A DNA stretch of 64,000 nt from Thermococcus sp. JdFR-02 (GCA_002009975.1 MTLP01000031.1:108573-172572), one strand, 5' to 3'. Positions 1 to 10,685 are shown, counted from the first letter of the stretch. Notes: generated from the sequence alone by a model not told the origin. A program made the numbers and translations.

Positions 1-8
1 TTCTTCAT
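1..8 (-). CDS. 5' end of a gene running off the window (ATG AAG AA.., MK..)
   Basis: ATG at 8-6 preceded by GGAGGTGG RBS and an AAAAATTTATAAG BRE/TATA at 56-68 on the minus strand; product cannot be determined. Confidence 0.6.
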
Positions 9-232
9 GTATCCACCTCCATGAAATATTTGCATTAATAAATTGGGCATTATGGCTTATAAATTTTTCCTTTTATTTAAAGTAATTTATCTTTTTTCTT
101 TTTTCGTAAGAAATTCTTTCAAACTGTAGTTTTGCTTGCCCTTTTATTCAAAACGGGCCAAAGTAAAAGAGTGGATATAAATGTACATTACAGTATAGAA
201 GCAATAAATTTCAAAGGAAAAGAAGACAAAAA

Positions 233-1045
233 CTACTCCCTCTTTCCCACAGCTTCAAGAATCTTTTCCCTAATCTCTTTAGCCCTCTTAAAGGCTACAT
301 CAACTGCATACATGACCTCTTCAAGTTTGAAACTTCCTCCCTCGCTCTTTTGCACTGCTGAAATCATTCCATTTTCGTCTGTAGTTATTGTAAGCTTCCC
401 CTCCATCACTTGTTCTTCTTCTAAGTTTGGATCAACTACCAAGTTTCCACCAATTTTTGCAAAGCTCACTGGAATTGGTATCTTTGTCACTGGCAATGGC
501 TCAAACTCCTCCAATAGCATAACTTCCCCTGTTTCCTCGTTATATTGAACTTTTGGCATTTTTGTGTTCAAAAGAGCCGCGATTGCACCAATTCCACATG
601 CATCTACTAAATTTCCGTCGTGATCTAAGACGTGAACATCTATAAACACGACCCTAACGAGCTTTCCTGGAACGATAACTAGCTTTTCCAAGTCAATAGT
701 TTGACTTTCCCTTATACCTCTGTCCACAACTCTAGCTAGTTCAATTGACCTCTCATCCGGAGGACCTGGTTCAAAGCTTGGTGAAGCCAATGGTACAAGC
801 TCAACGTTTGTTGTCATGACACCCATATTAGGCAGATCTGGAAAAGGCTCTCCCAAATCTATCTTTATACCTACAAGAACTTGAGTGTTGCCAAGTTTAA
901 CCCAAGCAGAACCTTCAGCTTTCTCAATTACCCCAACTTTTACTTCTAATGGTCTTATATCTTCCAAGTCTCTGCCGTCTATTCTCTTCCCATTCTTGAG
1001 CAATTCGAGAATGTGATCTTTCATAATTGATGCCATTACTTCCAT
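233..1045 (-). CDS. rrp42: Exosome complex component Rrp42
   Basis: RNase PH fold (RIDGR..IRP, AEGSAWVKLGNT, DHDGNLVD); follows rrp41; ATG at 1045 after GAGGAG (GTG at 1051 is an alternative start). Confidence 0.95.
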   Translation of the reverse strand: MEVMASIMKDHILELLKNGKRIDGRDLEDIRPLEVKVGVIEKAEGSAWVKLGNTQVLVGIKIDLGEPFPDLPNMGVMTTNVELVPLASPSFEPGPPDERSIELARVVDRGIRESQTIDLEKLVIVPGKLVRVVFIDVHVLDHDGNLVDACGIGAIAALLNTKMPKVQYNEETGEVMLLEEFEPLPVTKIPIPVSFAKIGGNLVVDPNLEEEQVMEGKLTITTDENGMISAVQKSEGGSFKLEEVMYAVDVAFKRAKEIREKILEAVGKRE

Positions 1046-1047
1046 TT

Positions 1048-1785
1048 TCACTCCTCCTCTATAATCTTAAGATATTTTTCTTTCAAAGCTTCTCTCTGCT
1101 TTTGATAAACTGCTTTTGCACCTTTTATAGCTAATCTCACGGCTTCAACGAACTCCTCTTTACTTAAATAGCCATCCATTTGTAAGAGCGTTATATCATT
1201 CTTTATTGGCATTATTGCAACTGGAACATCTGCTTCTCCATAGTTGTCTTCCTCTTTATTTAAATCCAAAACTAGCTCCCCATCGATTTTTCCTGCTGCA
1301 CATGCTGCAACTAAATCCTTCATTGGAATCCCAGCATCTGCTAAGGCTAATGAAGCAGCGGTAATTCCAGCAACTCTTGTTCCAGCATCAGCTTGTAAAA
1401 CTTCTATGAAAACATCTACAGCTGTTCTCGGAAATAATTCAAGAATTAGAGCTGGTTCCAAAGCCCCTCTAATCACTTTGCTAATTTCCACACTCCTTCT
1501 ATCTGGACCGGGTTTTTTACGTTCCTCAACACTAAATGGAGCCATATTATATCTTACTCTTAAAATTGCCCTATCTGGTCTTTGCAAATGCTTTGGATGA
1601 ATTTCCCTTGGACCATAGACAGCGGCTAAAACTTTATTTTTACCCCATTCTACATAAGCTGAGCCATCAGCACTTTTTAAAACACCAATTTCCATTTTTA
1701 TTTTTCTAAGCTCATACTTCTTTCTACCATCTATTCTATAGCCGTTTTCATCGATAAGCTTCAATCCCTCAGGCTTCTCCATCAT
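1048..1785 (-). CDS. rrp41: Exosome complex exonuclease Rrp41
   Basis: [28 protein letters not shown] phosphate-binding motif, LDLNKEED. Confidence 0.96.
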   Translation of the reverse strand: MMEKPEGLKLIDENGYRIDGRKKYELRKIKMEIGVLKSADGSAYVEWGKNKVLAAVYGPREIHPKHLQRPDRAILRVRYNMAPFSVEERKKPGPDRRSVEISKVIRGALEPALILELFPRTAVDVFIEVLQADAGTRVAGITAASLALADAGIPMKDLVAACAAGKIDGELVLDLNKEEDNYGEADVPVAIMPIKNDITLLQMDGYLSKEEFVEAVRLAIKGAKAVYQKQREALKEKYLKIIEEE

Positions 1786-2542
1786 TTCTTTCACTCTCCT
1801 CTACTTTGAATTCGGGGATATCTTCAACAACTCCTTGCTCTTTAAGCTCTTGCAACCTCTTTACTAAGAAATCCTTAACCCTATCAGTTAATCCCTGAGT
1901 GTGGCTTTCTCTATTCACCTTTAGAATAGCTTCAATAGCTAATCTTTCAAGCTCTTGCTTCTTGCCACTCAACCAAACCCAACCGTTTTGTCCAACTATT
2001 ATGCGCGTTTGTGTCAACGTTTTGATTGTGTTGATCATTGAACCTCCTTTCCCAATTAAGCGAGGCACTTTTGATGGTGTAATCTTTACTATCTGACCGC
2101 CCCTAAGAGGACCTCCACCAAAGGGCATTCCCTTTGTCATTAAGTCTATTTGATTCACTTCATTAAAGGCCTTCACTTTTGCATAGATTATATCTCCTAT
2201 GTCGAAGAATCTCCTTAGATCTACCTTAAGAAGGTCTATTTTTTCTTCTAAAGCATCTTGAATTCTAAGCGTTGCTTGATAAGGCGCACCAATATCTACT
2301 ACCCAATTTGAGAATTTTACATCTATTATTTTTCCGATGACATTGTCTCCAACTTCTGGAATGTAAGGACCTTCCAGTGGAATAACTCTTATAGTGTCTC
2401 CCCTTATGTCTACCAATCCTATAACGGTAGAGTAAACCCTCGTTCCTTCTTTAAAAGTTCCTTTGCCAGATTTGAATGGTCCTTGAGCTAAAAGCGTTCC
2501 TGGAACCACTAACTCCCTATTTGATACAAAAACCTTTCTCAT
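1769..2542 (-). CDS. rrp4: Exosome complex RNA-binding protein Rrp4
   Basis: VVPG N-terminus, S1 domain ([11 protein letters not shown]), KH domain ([19 protein letters not shown]). Confidence 0.96.
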   Translation of the reverse strand: MRKVFVSNRELVVPGTLLAQGPFKSGKGTFKEGTRVYSTVIGLVDIRGDTIRVIPLEGPYIPEVGDNVIGKIIDVKFSNWVVDIGAPYQATLRIQDALEEKIDLLKVDLRRFFDIGDIIYAKVKAFNEVNQIDLMTKGMPFGGGPLRGGQIVKITPSKVPRLIGKGGSMINTIKTLTQTRIIVGQNGWVWLSGKKQELERLAIEAILKVNRESHTQGLTDRVKDFLVKRLQELKEQGVVEDIPEFKVEESERNDGEA

Positions 2543-3249
2543 AGTCCCTTCCTCTCTATAAGTTTAGTCATAACATTGCCCTTTGTAAGGGCGTTTAGTT
2601 TTTCATAAAATTCTTCTTCAACTCCACCTGGAATTTCAATTAAAAACATCCACGAGCCATCTCTTCCCCATTCTTCTTTTTTAATATTTCCAAATTTCCT
2701 TACTTCTCCAAAGGCTTTTCCAACGTATTCTGAAGGTATTTTAACTGCAATTACTTTTGTTTCAATCTTAAGAGGTAGGACCCTCCTCAACGCTTTAATA
2801 ATCTGTGGCACTTGGGCTTCAGCATCTTTAAAGATATCCACATGAACACCAACTTCTTCCATAGCCTTCAAAACCCTATCCGGTGGATGTGGATAACCTG
2901 TTCTTGGATCAACAGCATGTCTGTGAATTATCATTGCTATTTGCTTCTTTTTCTCCTCAAGCATCTCTCTCCTTTGCTGAGCTGTAAGCTGAACTTCACC
3001 TTTTCTAAGGATAATCTTTGCAACCTCGTAGGGATCGCTTGTCCCAAAGATCTTCTGCATTTCGTTTTCACTGGCTTTATCTCCTTTATGAGCATCTTTA
3101 AAAACATAAGGAGTGGCGAGAATTTCTTCTATTGGAACTTCCTTTCCTTCTTTGAAATCCCTTGCCAAGTAAGGATCTACTAAGATTTCAAAAACATCCC
3201 CATGTGTCTTTAATCGAGCAATCACTGCTTTATCAACGCTTATGGGCAT
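2539..3249 (-). CDS. Ribosome assembly factor SBDS/Sdo1
   Basis: [37 protein letters not shown] motifs; conserved position between psmA and rrp4. Confidence 0.95.
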   Translation of the reverse strand: MPISVDKAVIARLKTHGDVFEILVDPYLARDFKEGKEVPIEEILATPYVFKDAHKGDKASENEMQKIFGTSDPYEVAKIILRKGEVQLTAQQRREMLEEKKKQIAMIIHRHAVDPRTGYPHPPDRVLKAMEEVGVHVDIFKDAEAQVPQIIKALRRVLPLKIETKVIAVKIPSEYVGKAFGEVRKFGNIKKEEWGRDGSWMFLIEIPGGVEEEFYEKLNALTKGNVMTKLIERKGL

Positions 3250-3260
3250 TGTACTCACCG

Positions 3261-4043
3261 CTAATAATTGTTGTCCAAGTCAGCATAATCAACTTCCTTT
3301 TCATCTACTTCTTCAGCCTCAACCTTTTGGAGAATGTCGGCGAAATACTTTTCAAGCTCCTCTTGGCTTAGCTTTCTAAACTTCTTCTCTTTAACATCAA
3401 TTACGGCAACTTCAACATATTCTGCCTTTGGCTCTTCCATGGTCTTAGCTAGGGCAAGCATTGCAAGCTTTATTGCATCTTCTAAAGTCATGTCATCAGT
3501 GTATTTCTCCTCAAATATTGCCATTGCTGTGTTTCTTCCACTTCCTATTGCTACAGCCTTCCACTCAAAGTATGCACCACTTGGATCCGTCTCAAAAAGT
3601 TGTGGTTTTTCATTAACTCCAGCCATTAACAAAGCGGCACCAAAAGGTCTTACACCACCGTATTGGGTGTGCATTTGCTTTAAATCACAGATCTTTTTAA
3701 CTAAAACTGCAAGATGAACGGGTTCTCCATAAGTTAGGCGATAAATTTGAGCTTCTAAACGAGCTCTATCAACTAAAATTCTTGCATCTGCTATTATTCC
3801 ACTTGAAGCAGCAGCTATATGCTCATCAATTTGGAAAATCTTCTCATAGCTTTCTGGTTCTATTAATCTACTTGTTACTCTTTTTTCTACAGCCAAAACT
3901 ACTCCATCTTTACATTTTATTCCTACAGCAGTTGCTCCTCTTTTTACGGCTTCTCTTGCATATTGCACTTGGAAAAGCCTTCCATCCGGGCTAAAAACAG
4001 TTATTGCCCTATCATACCCAGCTTGCGGTGGTACAAACGCCAT
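3261..4043 (-). CDS. psmA: Proteasome subunit alpha
   Basis: [21 protein letters not shown] alpha-subunit signature, RPFG, TDPSG. Confidence 0.97.
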   Translation of the reverse strand: MAFVPPQAGYDRAITVFSPDGRLFQVQYAREAVKRGATAVGIKCKDGVVLAVEKRVTSRLIEPESYEKIFQIDEHIAAASSGIIADARILVDRARLEAQIYRLTYGEPVHLAVLVKKICDLKQMHTQYGGVRPFGAALLMAGVNEKPQLFETDPSGAYFEWKAVAIGSGRNTAMAIFEEKYTDDMTLEDAIKLAMLALAKTMEEPKAEYVEVAVIDVKEKKFRKLSQEELEKYFADILQKVEAEEVDEKEVDYADLDNNY

Positions 4044-4097
4044 TTTACATCACCTCTAATGATTATCGTAACAGTTATACAATATTCCCTCTCTCCA

Positions 4098-4112
4098 CTT
4101 ATAAGCTCTTTT
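4098..4112 (-). promoter_or_regulatory. BRE/TATA promoter of psmA
   Basis: Minus strand AAAAGAG-CTTATAAG about 55 nt upstream of the ATG. Confidence 0.55.
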
Positions 4113-4168
4113 AAATATTGGATACTTAAACTTTTGCATGAACGACAAAAGGAAAACACCGTCTCACA

Positions 4169-4531
4169 TTACTTCCAATCAAATTCTTTCAAAAACTTCA
4201 TCTTAAGCCTCTTTATTGTCCCAGATACACCAAGCGTTCTCATTATAACCTTTGAACCATTTATCTGGGTAAGCATTGTCAAAGCAAATCTAACTTGCTC
4301 CACATAAGCCCTATCGCACCTTACAATTCCAGTCTGACTCTTCTCATCAAATCTTATGAACCAAATCTTAGCTTTAGCAGTTCCCAATTCCCCCAAAACT
4401 CTGAGAGAAGCCTCCCAAATTGCCTTTTTGATCTCTCCACTCTTAAATGTCCTCTCTCCAATAACCTGAAAAGCTATATATCTTTGCTTATCCCTAAGTG
4501 TTGGAGGTAGGGTTTTAGGTTTTTTGTTCAT
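4169..4531 (-). CDS. rnp2: Ribonuclease P protein component 2 (Pop5/Rpp14 family)
   Basis: [30 protein letters not shown] motifs. Confidence 0.93.
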   Translation of the reverse strand: MNKKPKTLPPTLRDKQRYIAFQVIGERTFKSGEIKKAIWEASLRVLGELGTAKAKIWFIRFDEKSQTGIVRCDRAYVEQVRFALTMLTQINGSKVIMRTLGVSGTIKRLKMKFLKEFDWK

Positions 4532-4665
4532 GGAGAAGACTAAAGCAAATGACTTATTAATCTTTATGTTTTGTCAAAATGTCAGAACTCCTCAAAATCT
4601 AAGATTCATTTTAGACAATCAACAATGAAAATTTGATTTTGTCAAATTTTGACGGAAATTCTCCC

Positions 4666-4680
4666 AAAAAAGCTTTAAGA
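4666..4680 (+). promoter_or_regulatory. BRE/TATA promoter of the trpB2 leader
   Basis: AAAAAAGC-TTTAAGA, predicting a start site near 4703. Confidence 0.55.
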
Positions 4681-4702
4681 GTAAAGTTCATTTAAAGACC
4701 TT

Positions 4703-4871
4703 GATGCCCTATGATGTTCAGGAGTGAGTGTCTTTGGAATAGGAGTTAGAGAGTTTAGAATTCTTCTGGTTAGCTTATTCTTCAAAATCAAAGGGCGGGA
4801 TTGTTTTTGGAATACACATTCTTAGGTTTGAAGGTATGAATAACGCTTATTCTGATCTTTTTAAACTTTTT
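4703..4871 (+). promoter_or_regulatory. Structured 5' leader of trpB2 with uORF MMFRSECLWNRS (4711-4749)
   Basis: GCCCT/AGGGC and TGAT/ATCA terminal pairing, GCTTATTCT direct repeat (4773-4781, 4845-4853), U-tracts at 4858-4862 and 4867-4871; function is inferred. Confidence 0.45.
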
Positions 4872-4885
4872 AGGAGGTGTTTTAG

Positions 4886-6226
4886 ATGAGAAGAGTTAAG
4901 GCAGTTTTAAAAGCCGAAGATATGCCAAATAGGTGGTACAACATTTTGCCAGACTTGCCAGAGACTCTACCATTGCCTTTAGATCCAGAGACAAACAAGC
5001 CCATAAATCCAGCTAAGCTTGAGAGGATTTTTGCAAAGGGATTGGTTAGGCAAGAAGTTAGCGACAAAAGGTATGTAAAAATTCCAGAGGAAGTTTTGGA
5101 GAAATACGTAAAAGTTGGTCGTCCAACACCGCTTTTTAGAGCAACACATCTAGAGAAGGCATTGAAGACCCCAGCAAGGATTTACTTTAAATATGAAGGG
5201 GAAACGATAACGGGAAGCCACAAAATAAACACCGCTTTAGCACAGGTCTACTACAACAAGCTTGAGGGAATTGAAAGGGTTGTAACAGAGACGGGAGCAG
5301 GACAATGGGGAACTGCTTTATCATTAGCCGGAGCTTTGTTTGATCTAAAAGTTAGGGTTTACATGGCAAGAGCCAGCTATCAACAAAAGCCATATAGAAA
5401 AGTGCTCATGCAAGTGTATGGAGCAGAGGTTTATCCTTCTCCAAGTGATAGAACGAAGGTTGGAAGATACTTCCTATCGCAAGATCCAAATCACCCCGGT
5501 GGATTAGGCATAGCAATAAGTGAAGCGATTGAAGATGTATTAACGGATGAAAAAGCGCGCTACTCGTTAGGTAGTGTCTTGAACCATGTATTAATGCACC
5601 AGACAATCATAGGGGAAGAGGCTAAACTTCAAATGGAAATTCTTGGGGAAGAGGCAGACATAATAGTTGGCTGTGTTGGAGGAGGGAGCAACTTTGCTGG
5701 AATAGCATATCCCTTCATTAGGGATGCAATAAAAGGAAGAAAGGAGATTAAATTTTATGCAATAGAACCTAAAGCCGCACCATCGATGACAAAGGGTATT
5801 TACACTTACGATTACGGAGACAGCGGGAGGTTAACGCCTTTAATAAAGATGCACACCTTAGGGCACATCTACAATGTTCCACCAATCCATGCGGGTGGCT
5901 TAAGATATCACGGTGTCGCACCAACTTTGAGTGTTTTAATTAATAACAACATCGTTAGTCCAAAAGCCTACCATCAAACCGAGATTTTTGAAGCAGCTAT
6001 GCTCTTTGCAAGGACTGAGGGAATTGTTCCAGCACCAGAGAGTGCCCATGCAGTTAAAGGGGTTATAGATCTTGCTTTAAAAGCTAAGGAGAAAGGCGAA
6101 GAAAAAGTAATACTTTTTAACTTAAGTGGACACGGACTTTTGGATTTAAAAGGCTATGAAGACTATTTGGATGGAAAAATCCAAGATTATGAACCAAAAG
6201 AGATTCCAATTTTGAAAAGCTATTAG
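4886..6226 (+). CDS. trpB2: Stand-alone tryptophan synthase beta chain type 2 (TrpB-like PLP enzyme)
   Basis: [11 protein letters not shown]-lysine motif, [33 protein letters not shown]; GGAGGTG RBS. Confidence 0.93.
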   Translation: MRRVKAVLKAEDMPNRWYNILPDLPETLPLPLDPETNKPINPAKLERIFAKGLVRQEVSDKRYVKIPEEVLEKYVKVGRPTPLFRATHLEKALKTPARIYFKYEGETITGSHKINTALAQVYYNKLEGIERVVTETGAGQWGTALSLAGALFDLKVRVYMARASYQQKPYRKVLMQVYGAEVYPSPSDRTKVGRYFLSQDPNHPGGLGIAISEAIEDVLTDEKARYSLGSVLNHVLMHQTIIGEEAKLQMEILGEEADIIVGCVGGGSNFAGIAYPFIRDAIKGRKEIKFYAIEPKAAPSMTKGIYTYDYGDSGRLTPLIKMHTLGHIYNVPPIHAGGLRYHGVAPTLSVLINNNIVSPKAYHQTEIFEAAMLFARTEGIVPAPESAHAVKGVIDLALKAKEKGEEKVILFNLSGHGLLDLKGYEDYLDGKIQDYEPKEIPILKSY

Positions 6227-6227
6227 T

Positions 6228-6878
6228 TTATCTTTTTTCCAGCTTTTCTAAAATTTTTCTTGGATAAAAACTGATCGAAGCCTTTGCTTGGGGAATTTCC
6301 ATTCCAATTGCAATTCCAAAGCTTGCTAAGTCTCTTGGAGCTCTTACTTCCCAAAAACTTTCTGCTGAAGAAGTTAAAAATCTTGGAACCTTGTATTTTT
6401 CTATCAATCGCCAGTTTCTCATCATAAACTTTAAAATGTTCGCCCTCTCGTAGGGATTTGCCCTTAAAAGGGGAGCAAGAGAAAAGCCTATTGCAACATC
6501 ATTCTTAGCCGCTAATCTAGCAAGAACATGATCTAAGCCAGAGTCTCTTCTTCCAAATTCTGGGCTTATTAAAGCATCGACACCAATTTCAAGAGCAAAG
6601 CGGTTGATTTTTAAGCTCCCACCTTGGACATATATTAAAGCTTTGAGATTCCTATTTTTCACTTCCCTAATCAAAGAAGGTTTGTTTGTTATCAAAAGCA
6701 GGGCAACTTTTTTATAACGCTCTCTAAGTTCTTTAAGCTCTTCTTTGAGCTTCCCATAATCTGGACTTTTCTCTAACTTAAGCTTTTTTGTAAAGACTAC
6801 TTCATCAAACCATTCTTCAGCCAATTCGTAAGCCTTTGCATCCCTAATATCCATCTCAATGAACTGTAATGATGTCAT
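6228..6878 (-). CDS. rnp3: Ribonuclease P protein component 3 (Rpp30)
   Basis: [19 protein letters not shown] and [17 protein letters not shown] motifs; superoperon context. Confidence 0.92.
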   Translation of the reverse strand: MTSLQFIEMDIRDAKAYELAEEWFDEVVFTKKLKLEKSPDYGKLKEELKELRERYKKVALLLITNKPSLIREVKNRNLKALIYVQGGSLKINRFALEIGVDALISPEFGRRDSGLDHVLARLAAKNDVAIGFSLAPLLRANPYERANILKFMMRNWRLIEKYKVPRFLTSSAESFWEVRAPRDLASFGIAIGMEIPQAKASISFYPRKILEKLEKR

Positions 6879-7330
6879 TCGCTCAACCACTCTCCAATAG
6901 CCCTTACAACGGTCTCTTTCTTCATTGGGAAGGATTTAACCTTTATTCTAACATGAATTACATCCTCTCCATCTAAAACTTTAATCTCTCCAAGGTAAGC
7001 CTTCTGCTTATCAAAGCGAATGTAGAAGGTTCCGTTCTCATCTACCTTTTCCTCTAAATTCTCCAAGAGAAATGCTTTATCTTCCTCGCTTAAGATGTTT
7101 TTGAGGTTTTCTAAAAACTTTCTAACGTTCCTACTTCTCTTTATCTCTGCATCAATAACGAGTATGGGATTTCCAAAGTATCCCTCTGTCTCAACCATTT
7201 CAAACTCCACATCTTTTGGAGACAAATCTTCAGGGAAGAGAGTTTCTAAAGCTTCTAAAACCTTTTCAGGATCTTCAGTGGCATGGACAAATGTTCTAAT
7301 TTTGACATTATGAGCATTAAGCTTAACCAT
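6875..7330 (-). CDS. RNA-binding protein, DUF54-like (exosome-associated family)
   Basis: [26 protein letters not shown] motifs; usual neighbour of rnp3 and rpl15e. Confidence 0.85.
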   Translation of the reverse strand: MVKLNAHNVKIRTFVHATEDPEKVLEALETLFPEDLSPKDVEFEMVETEGYFGNPILVIDAEIKRSRNVRKFLENLKNILSEEDKAFLLENLEEKVDENGTFYIRFDKQKAYLGEIKVLDGEDVIHVRIKVKSFPMKKETVVRAIGEWLSE

Positions 7331-7412
7331 AAATTTCACCCCAAAGTTAATTGGAAATAAGGTTTAAAAGCTTTTAACTGCCAAAAATACCTAAGAAAGA
7401 AATTAAACACCA

Positions 7413-8909
7413 TCAGCGATTTCTCAGCAATATCAGTACAATAAGTGCCGCAATTCCAATGATTATCGTTACAACGACTTTGTTTATGGGGATAAGAGCG
7501 CTGTTATCCCTTCTATTCTCTACTGTTGGTGGTAATCTTACACTCTCTTTAGAATTGTTAAATGTGGTAGCTTCAAGAAAAGCTACAATCTCTGGAGTTA
7601 GGTTTTCAATTCTTTGTCCGTCAAATTTTAAAATTATCCTATCGCTTGCCAAAATCCACTCCCTTCCATCCCAACCAATCCACCTTATCCACAAAGCGTC
7701 ATTCAAAACTTGTCTAAGAGTTCCGTTAAAGAAGTAAAGTGAAGAACCATTATAAATCAACCAGCCCTTAGGACTCCACAAAACATTGGTGTTTTCTTTA
7801 AAATATTCCTTACGGCAGTCAAGTGTTATGTAAAAGAGCTTGTGAAATTCAGATGCATTGAAGTTTTTGAGATTCATTTTCCCAACTTGAACAATGCTAT
7901 CTGAGACTTCATAGAGCGTGCCATTGGCAAAAAGCAAAGCTTCACCATTGTGAAACTCAGACATCTGGGCTTTAGGACTCACAACAGTATTAAGGCTTGC
8001 ATTTTTTGCATCATAGAGGTATGTCCCATTGATGCTCACTAAAAAGAGCCTTCCCTTATATGCTTCTATGAGGGTGAAGTTGCCCGAAAAGCTTGCAACC
8101 TTTCTGAAATCTTCTGGAAAGTGATAATAGCCCTTCAAAGGTTCTATTGCATAAAGAATTTTGTTATAGAGCAGATAAACTCTTTCAGAGTCATAAATTA
8201 GCTGGGAACTATTAAGAGAAAACTGCGACGTTATTTTTAGCACTGGAACCGCATCTATGAGAATCACTGCCTCAGTAAAGTTTTGATTAAAAATCGCTAA
8301 GGCACCGTTCTTAAGGTTGCGAACAAAGTACAAGTATCCTTTTTGGGCCAACAAAGGTGAAGATGCATTTTTGAAATCTCCCGTTAAATATCCGTACTTC
8401 TTCACCTTCACTTGTCCATCCTTGATAGTAGACAACCAAAGGAGGGAATCAAAATGCTCCAAATTGCACCACATAGAGAAGCAGTAAAAGGGATGAAGTA
8501 CAAGGTAGTAATCTCGATTCCAGAAAATACTCACTGCTCCATCATTCCGAAAGCTGAGCAATTCCCTAAATTCCCCGCTGGGATAAAGGTAGCCATAGTG
8601 ATCATACACCCTACCGGGTAAGGGTCTATCACACCCCTCACATCCATAAAAGAGACATCCTTGAGAAGAGCAGTGAATCGGAATCATAGTAAAGTTGGAG
8701 CAAACGTTGGTTTTGCATGGAAATGCTGTCAAGTTCAACAGTTCAAATCTATACTCTGAAGGAAAATAAACTACTAAAAGTTGAGTTGATGAATTTGTAA
8801 TGTTAAAAATTGTTGGGTTTCCTATTAGAACGTTGTTAATAGTCAAAGAATAAGCTAAGTGAGTAAAGAGGAGCATAAAAAAGCAAAAAATGAGAAGTCT
8901 TCCCTTCAT
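7413..8909 (-). CDS. Secreted, C-terminally membrane-anchored hypothetical protein (possibly beta-propeller)
   Basis: Hydrophobic signal peptide, many NxS/T sequons, Cys cluster, C-terminal TM helix followed by RNR. Confidence 0.7.
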   Translation of the reverse strand: MKGRLLIFCFFMLLFTHLAYSLTINNVLIGNPTIFNITNSSTQLLVVYFPSEYRFELLNLTAFPCKTNVCSNFTMIPIHCSSQGCLFYGCEGCDRPLPGRVYDHYGYLYPSGEFRELLSFRNDGAVSIFWNRDYYLVLHPFYCFSMWCNLEHFDSLLWLSTIKDGQVKVKKYGYLTGDFKNASSPLLAQKGYLYFVRNLKNGALAIFNQNFTEAVILIDAVPVLKITSQFSLNSSQLIYDSERVYLLYNKILYAIEPLKGYYHFPEDFRKVASFSGNFTLIEAYKGRLFLVSINGTYLYDAKNASLNTVVSPKAQMSEFHNGEALLFANGTLYEVSDSIVQVGKMNLKNFNASEFHKLFYITLDCRKEYFKENTNVLWSPKGWLIYNGSSLYFFNGTLRQVLNDALWIRWIGWDGREWILASDRIILKFDGQRIENLTPEIVAFLEATTFNNSKESVRLPPTVENRRDNSALIPINKVVVTIIIGIAALIVLILLRNR

Positions 8910-8911
8910 TT

Positions 8912-9823
8912 TCACCATCTGAGGCACGTATTCCTAATGTATGAAACTATGTTTATATCCCAGTCAAAGTAATATGCCCTATTTTCCCATATATTGCCAC
9001 TTACGGCCTCTTGAGCAGACACATAATCACATGCTCTCTGTAATTTATACTCAGAACTTCTAACAGCACCATCAGCCTCCATTTCTATATAAACATTGGA
9101 AGGATTACTGTTTCTTATCCATCTTAGAATATCAACTAAGAGGCTGTAAGTGTACTCTATTTGGTTGCAGTTTGCACCAATCTTATCTGCAAAGCAGTAT
9201 CCTGGTTGCGGAAATACATAGTCAAAGTACTTTGACAACAGAGCAATTTCCGAGTATTTATTTAACCACAGTATTACATCATTATTTGTTATTACCCCAT
9301 CACCATCTTGATCTGTTATTGTTCCGGAGCATAGAACACTCCTTAGTGTAGGGATCCAAATAAACTGCAAATCTTTTTCCAAGTCTCTTTCTACTTCTTG
9401 AATACGCCCTGAAATGGCATTGATTTCATATTCAGTAATACGTCCGCTTTGTATAGGCTTAGCATCCTCTAAACTCCAATAGAATCCCTTAAAATAATAA
9501 CTTTCAATACTTGCAACTCCATCAATCCAACCCTCCCAGTAACTCAAGCCTCTTTTTCCTCCACTGAGAGTAAAATAGGGTATTGTTACTAAATATGGAA
9601 TACCGCTTGTTCCACCTAACCATTCTTTCACTCTCAAAGCAAGCTCTCTGCCATCATTATATCCATCACTATATGAAGAACCACTGAATTTTGTTCTTGT
9701 TCCTTCTCCATCCAAAGCCACTGCAAAGTGAAATCCATTAATATACAAATCATCTGGTGTTGCATTGCTAACTTGGATATATTCTCCATTGTATTTATAC
9801 CACCACAGTGCATACCTTGCCAT
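8912..9823 (-). CDS. DUF4855-like protein (putative glycoside-hydrolase-like barrel)
   Basis: GFYWSLE, FIWIP, FDYVFPQPGY, IEMEAD, RAYY resemble DUF4855 motifs (by recognition only); GAGGTGA RBS. Confidence 0.55.
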   Translation of the reverse strand: MARYALWWYKYNGEYIQVSNATPDDLYINGFHFAVALDGEGTRTKFSGSSYSDGYNDGRELALRVKEWLGGTSGIPYLVTIPYFTLSGGKRGLSYWEGWIDGVASIESYYFKGFYWSLEDAKPIQSGRITEYEINAISGRIQEVERDLEKDLQFIWIPTLRSVLCSGTITDQDGDGVITNNDVILWLNKYSEIALLSKYFDYVFPQPGYCFADKIGANCNQIEYTYSLLVDILRWIRNSNPSNVYIEMEADGAVRSSEYKLQRACDYVSAQEAVSGNIWENRAYYFDWDINIVSYIRNTCLRW

Positions 9824-10025
9824 GACATCACCTCGATCCATAGTTCTTATTATGACTATTTAAACTTTTTGATTTTTTAACACTCTTGTTAGTATTAATG
9901 AAATTTTACCTCGTTATTCAGGTTTAGTTTAACCACCTAAAATCACAAAATGAATTGATAATTAGAAATTAGAACCAAATGCATAAAATCTAACAGAAAA
10001 GGGAACAAGAAGAAAGCTAAAAGCT

Positions 10026-10610
10026 TCACTTACCCTTTCTACCTTTTGCCCTAATGCTTGGTCTAATCTTCTCAGCACCTTTACCCTTATTGAGCAATCC
10101 TCTACTTCTTTTTCCAGCTGATGTTAAACCTCTAAATACTCTACCCTTATGGCCTCTTCCAGCGATCCAAGCTATCTTTGGATCAGATTTAATAACTGGG
10201 TGATGTGGATCAACTAAAATTACCTCAAACCACTTATACATTCCATCCTCGCCAACCCAATATGAGTTTAGAACTTCCAAGTTTGGATATTTTCTTGCTG
10301 CCTTTTCCTCAGCAATCCATTGTAAGCTCTTCTTTGGTGAATATTTGACTTGACCCATCTTACTTGGCTTTCTTCCGCCTCTCCACCTTGGTCTCTTTCT
10401 TCCGCCTCTCCTAACCCTAACTCTCACAACAACGTAACCTTGCTTTGCTTGATAACCCAAGCTTCTTGCCCTATCTAATCTGGTTGGTCTCTCAATTCTA
10501 ATAATGCTTGGCTCTCTTCTCCACTTAATCATTCTAACCTTCAACAATTCCCCAACATAGCTCTTCTTTGGGCTTTTCCAAGCTTCTCTAATGTACTTGT
10601 ACATTCCCAT
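10026..10610 (-). CDS. rpl15e: 50S ribosomal protein L15e
   Basis: [43 protein letters not shown]. Confidence 0.97.
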   Translation of the reverse strand: MGMYKYIREAWKSPKKSYVGELLKVRMIKWRREPSIIRIERPTRLDRARSLGYQAKQGYVVVRVRVRRGGRKRPRWRGGRKPSKMGQVKYSPKKSLQWIAEEKAARKYPNLEVLNSYWVGEDGMYKWFEVILVDPHHPVIKSDPKIAWIAGRGHKGRVFRGLTSAGKRSRGLLNKGKGAEKIRPSIRAKGRKGK

Positions 10611-10635
10611 CTTCTTCACCTCGCTTTCACTGTTT

Positions 10636-10685
10636 GTGGTTCTCCGCAGAGCGGAACATCCCGCGGGCTAAACCCGCTTAGTCGT
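10636..10685 (-). promoter_or_regulatory. Structured rpl15e leader, probable eL15-Euryarchaeota r-leader
   Basis: GC-rich hairpins GCGGG-UUUAG-CCCGC and UCCGC-UCU-GCGGA between the TATA (10705-10712) and the RBS. Confidence 0.65.

Noticed and set aside
4704-4727. Alternative leaderless uORF MPYDVQE at the trpB2 start site
   Set aside because: Contains no Trp codon, so it is not called as a sensor peptide; noted as a complication for the leader-peptide model
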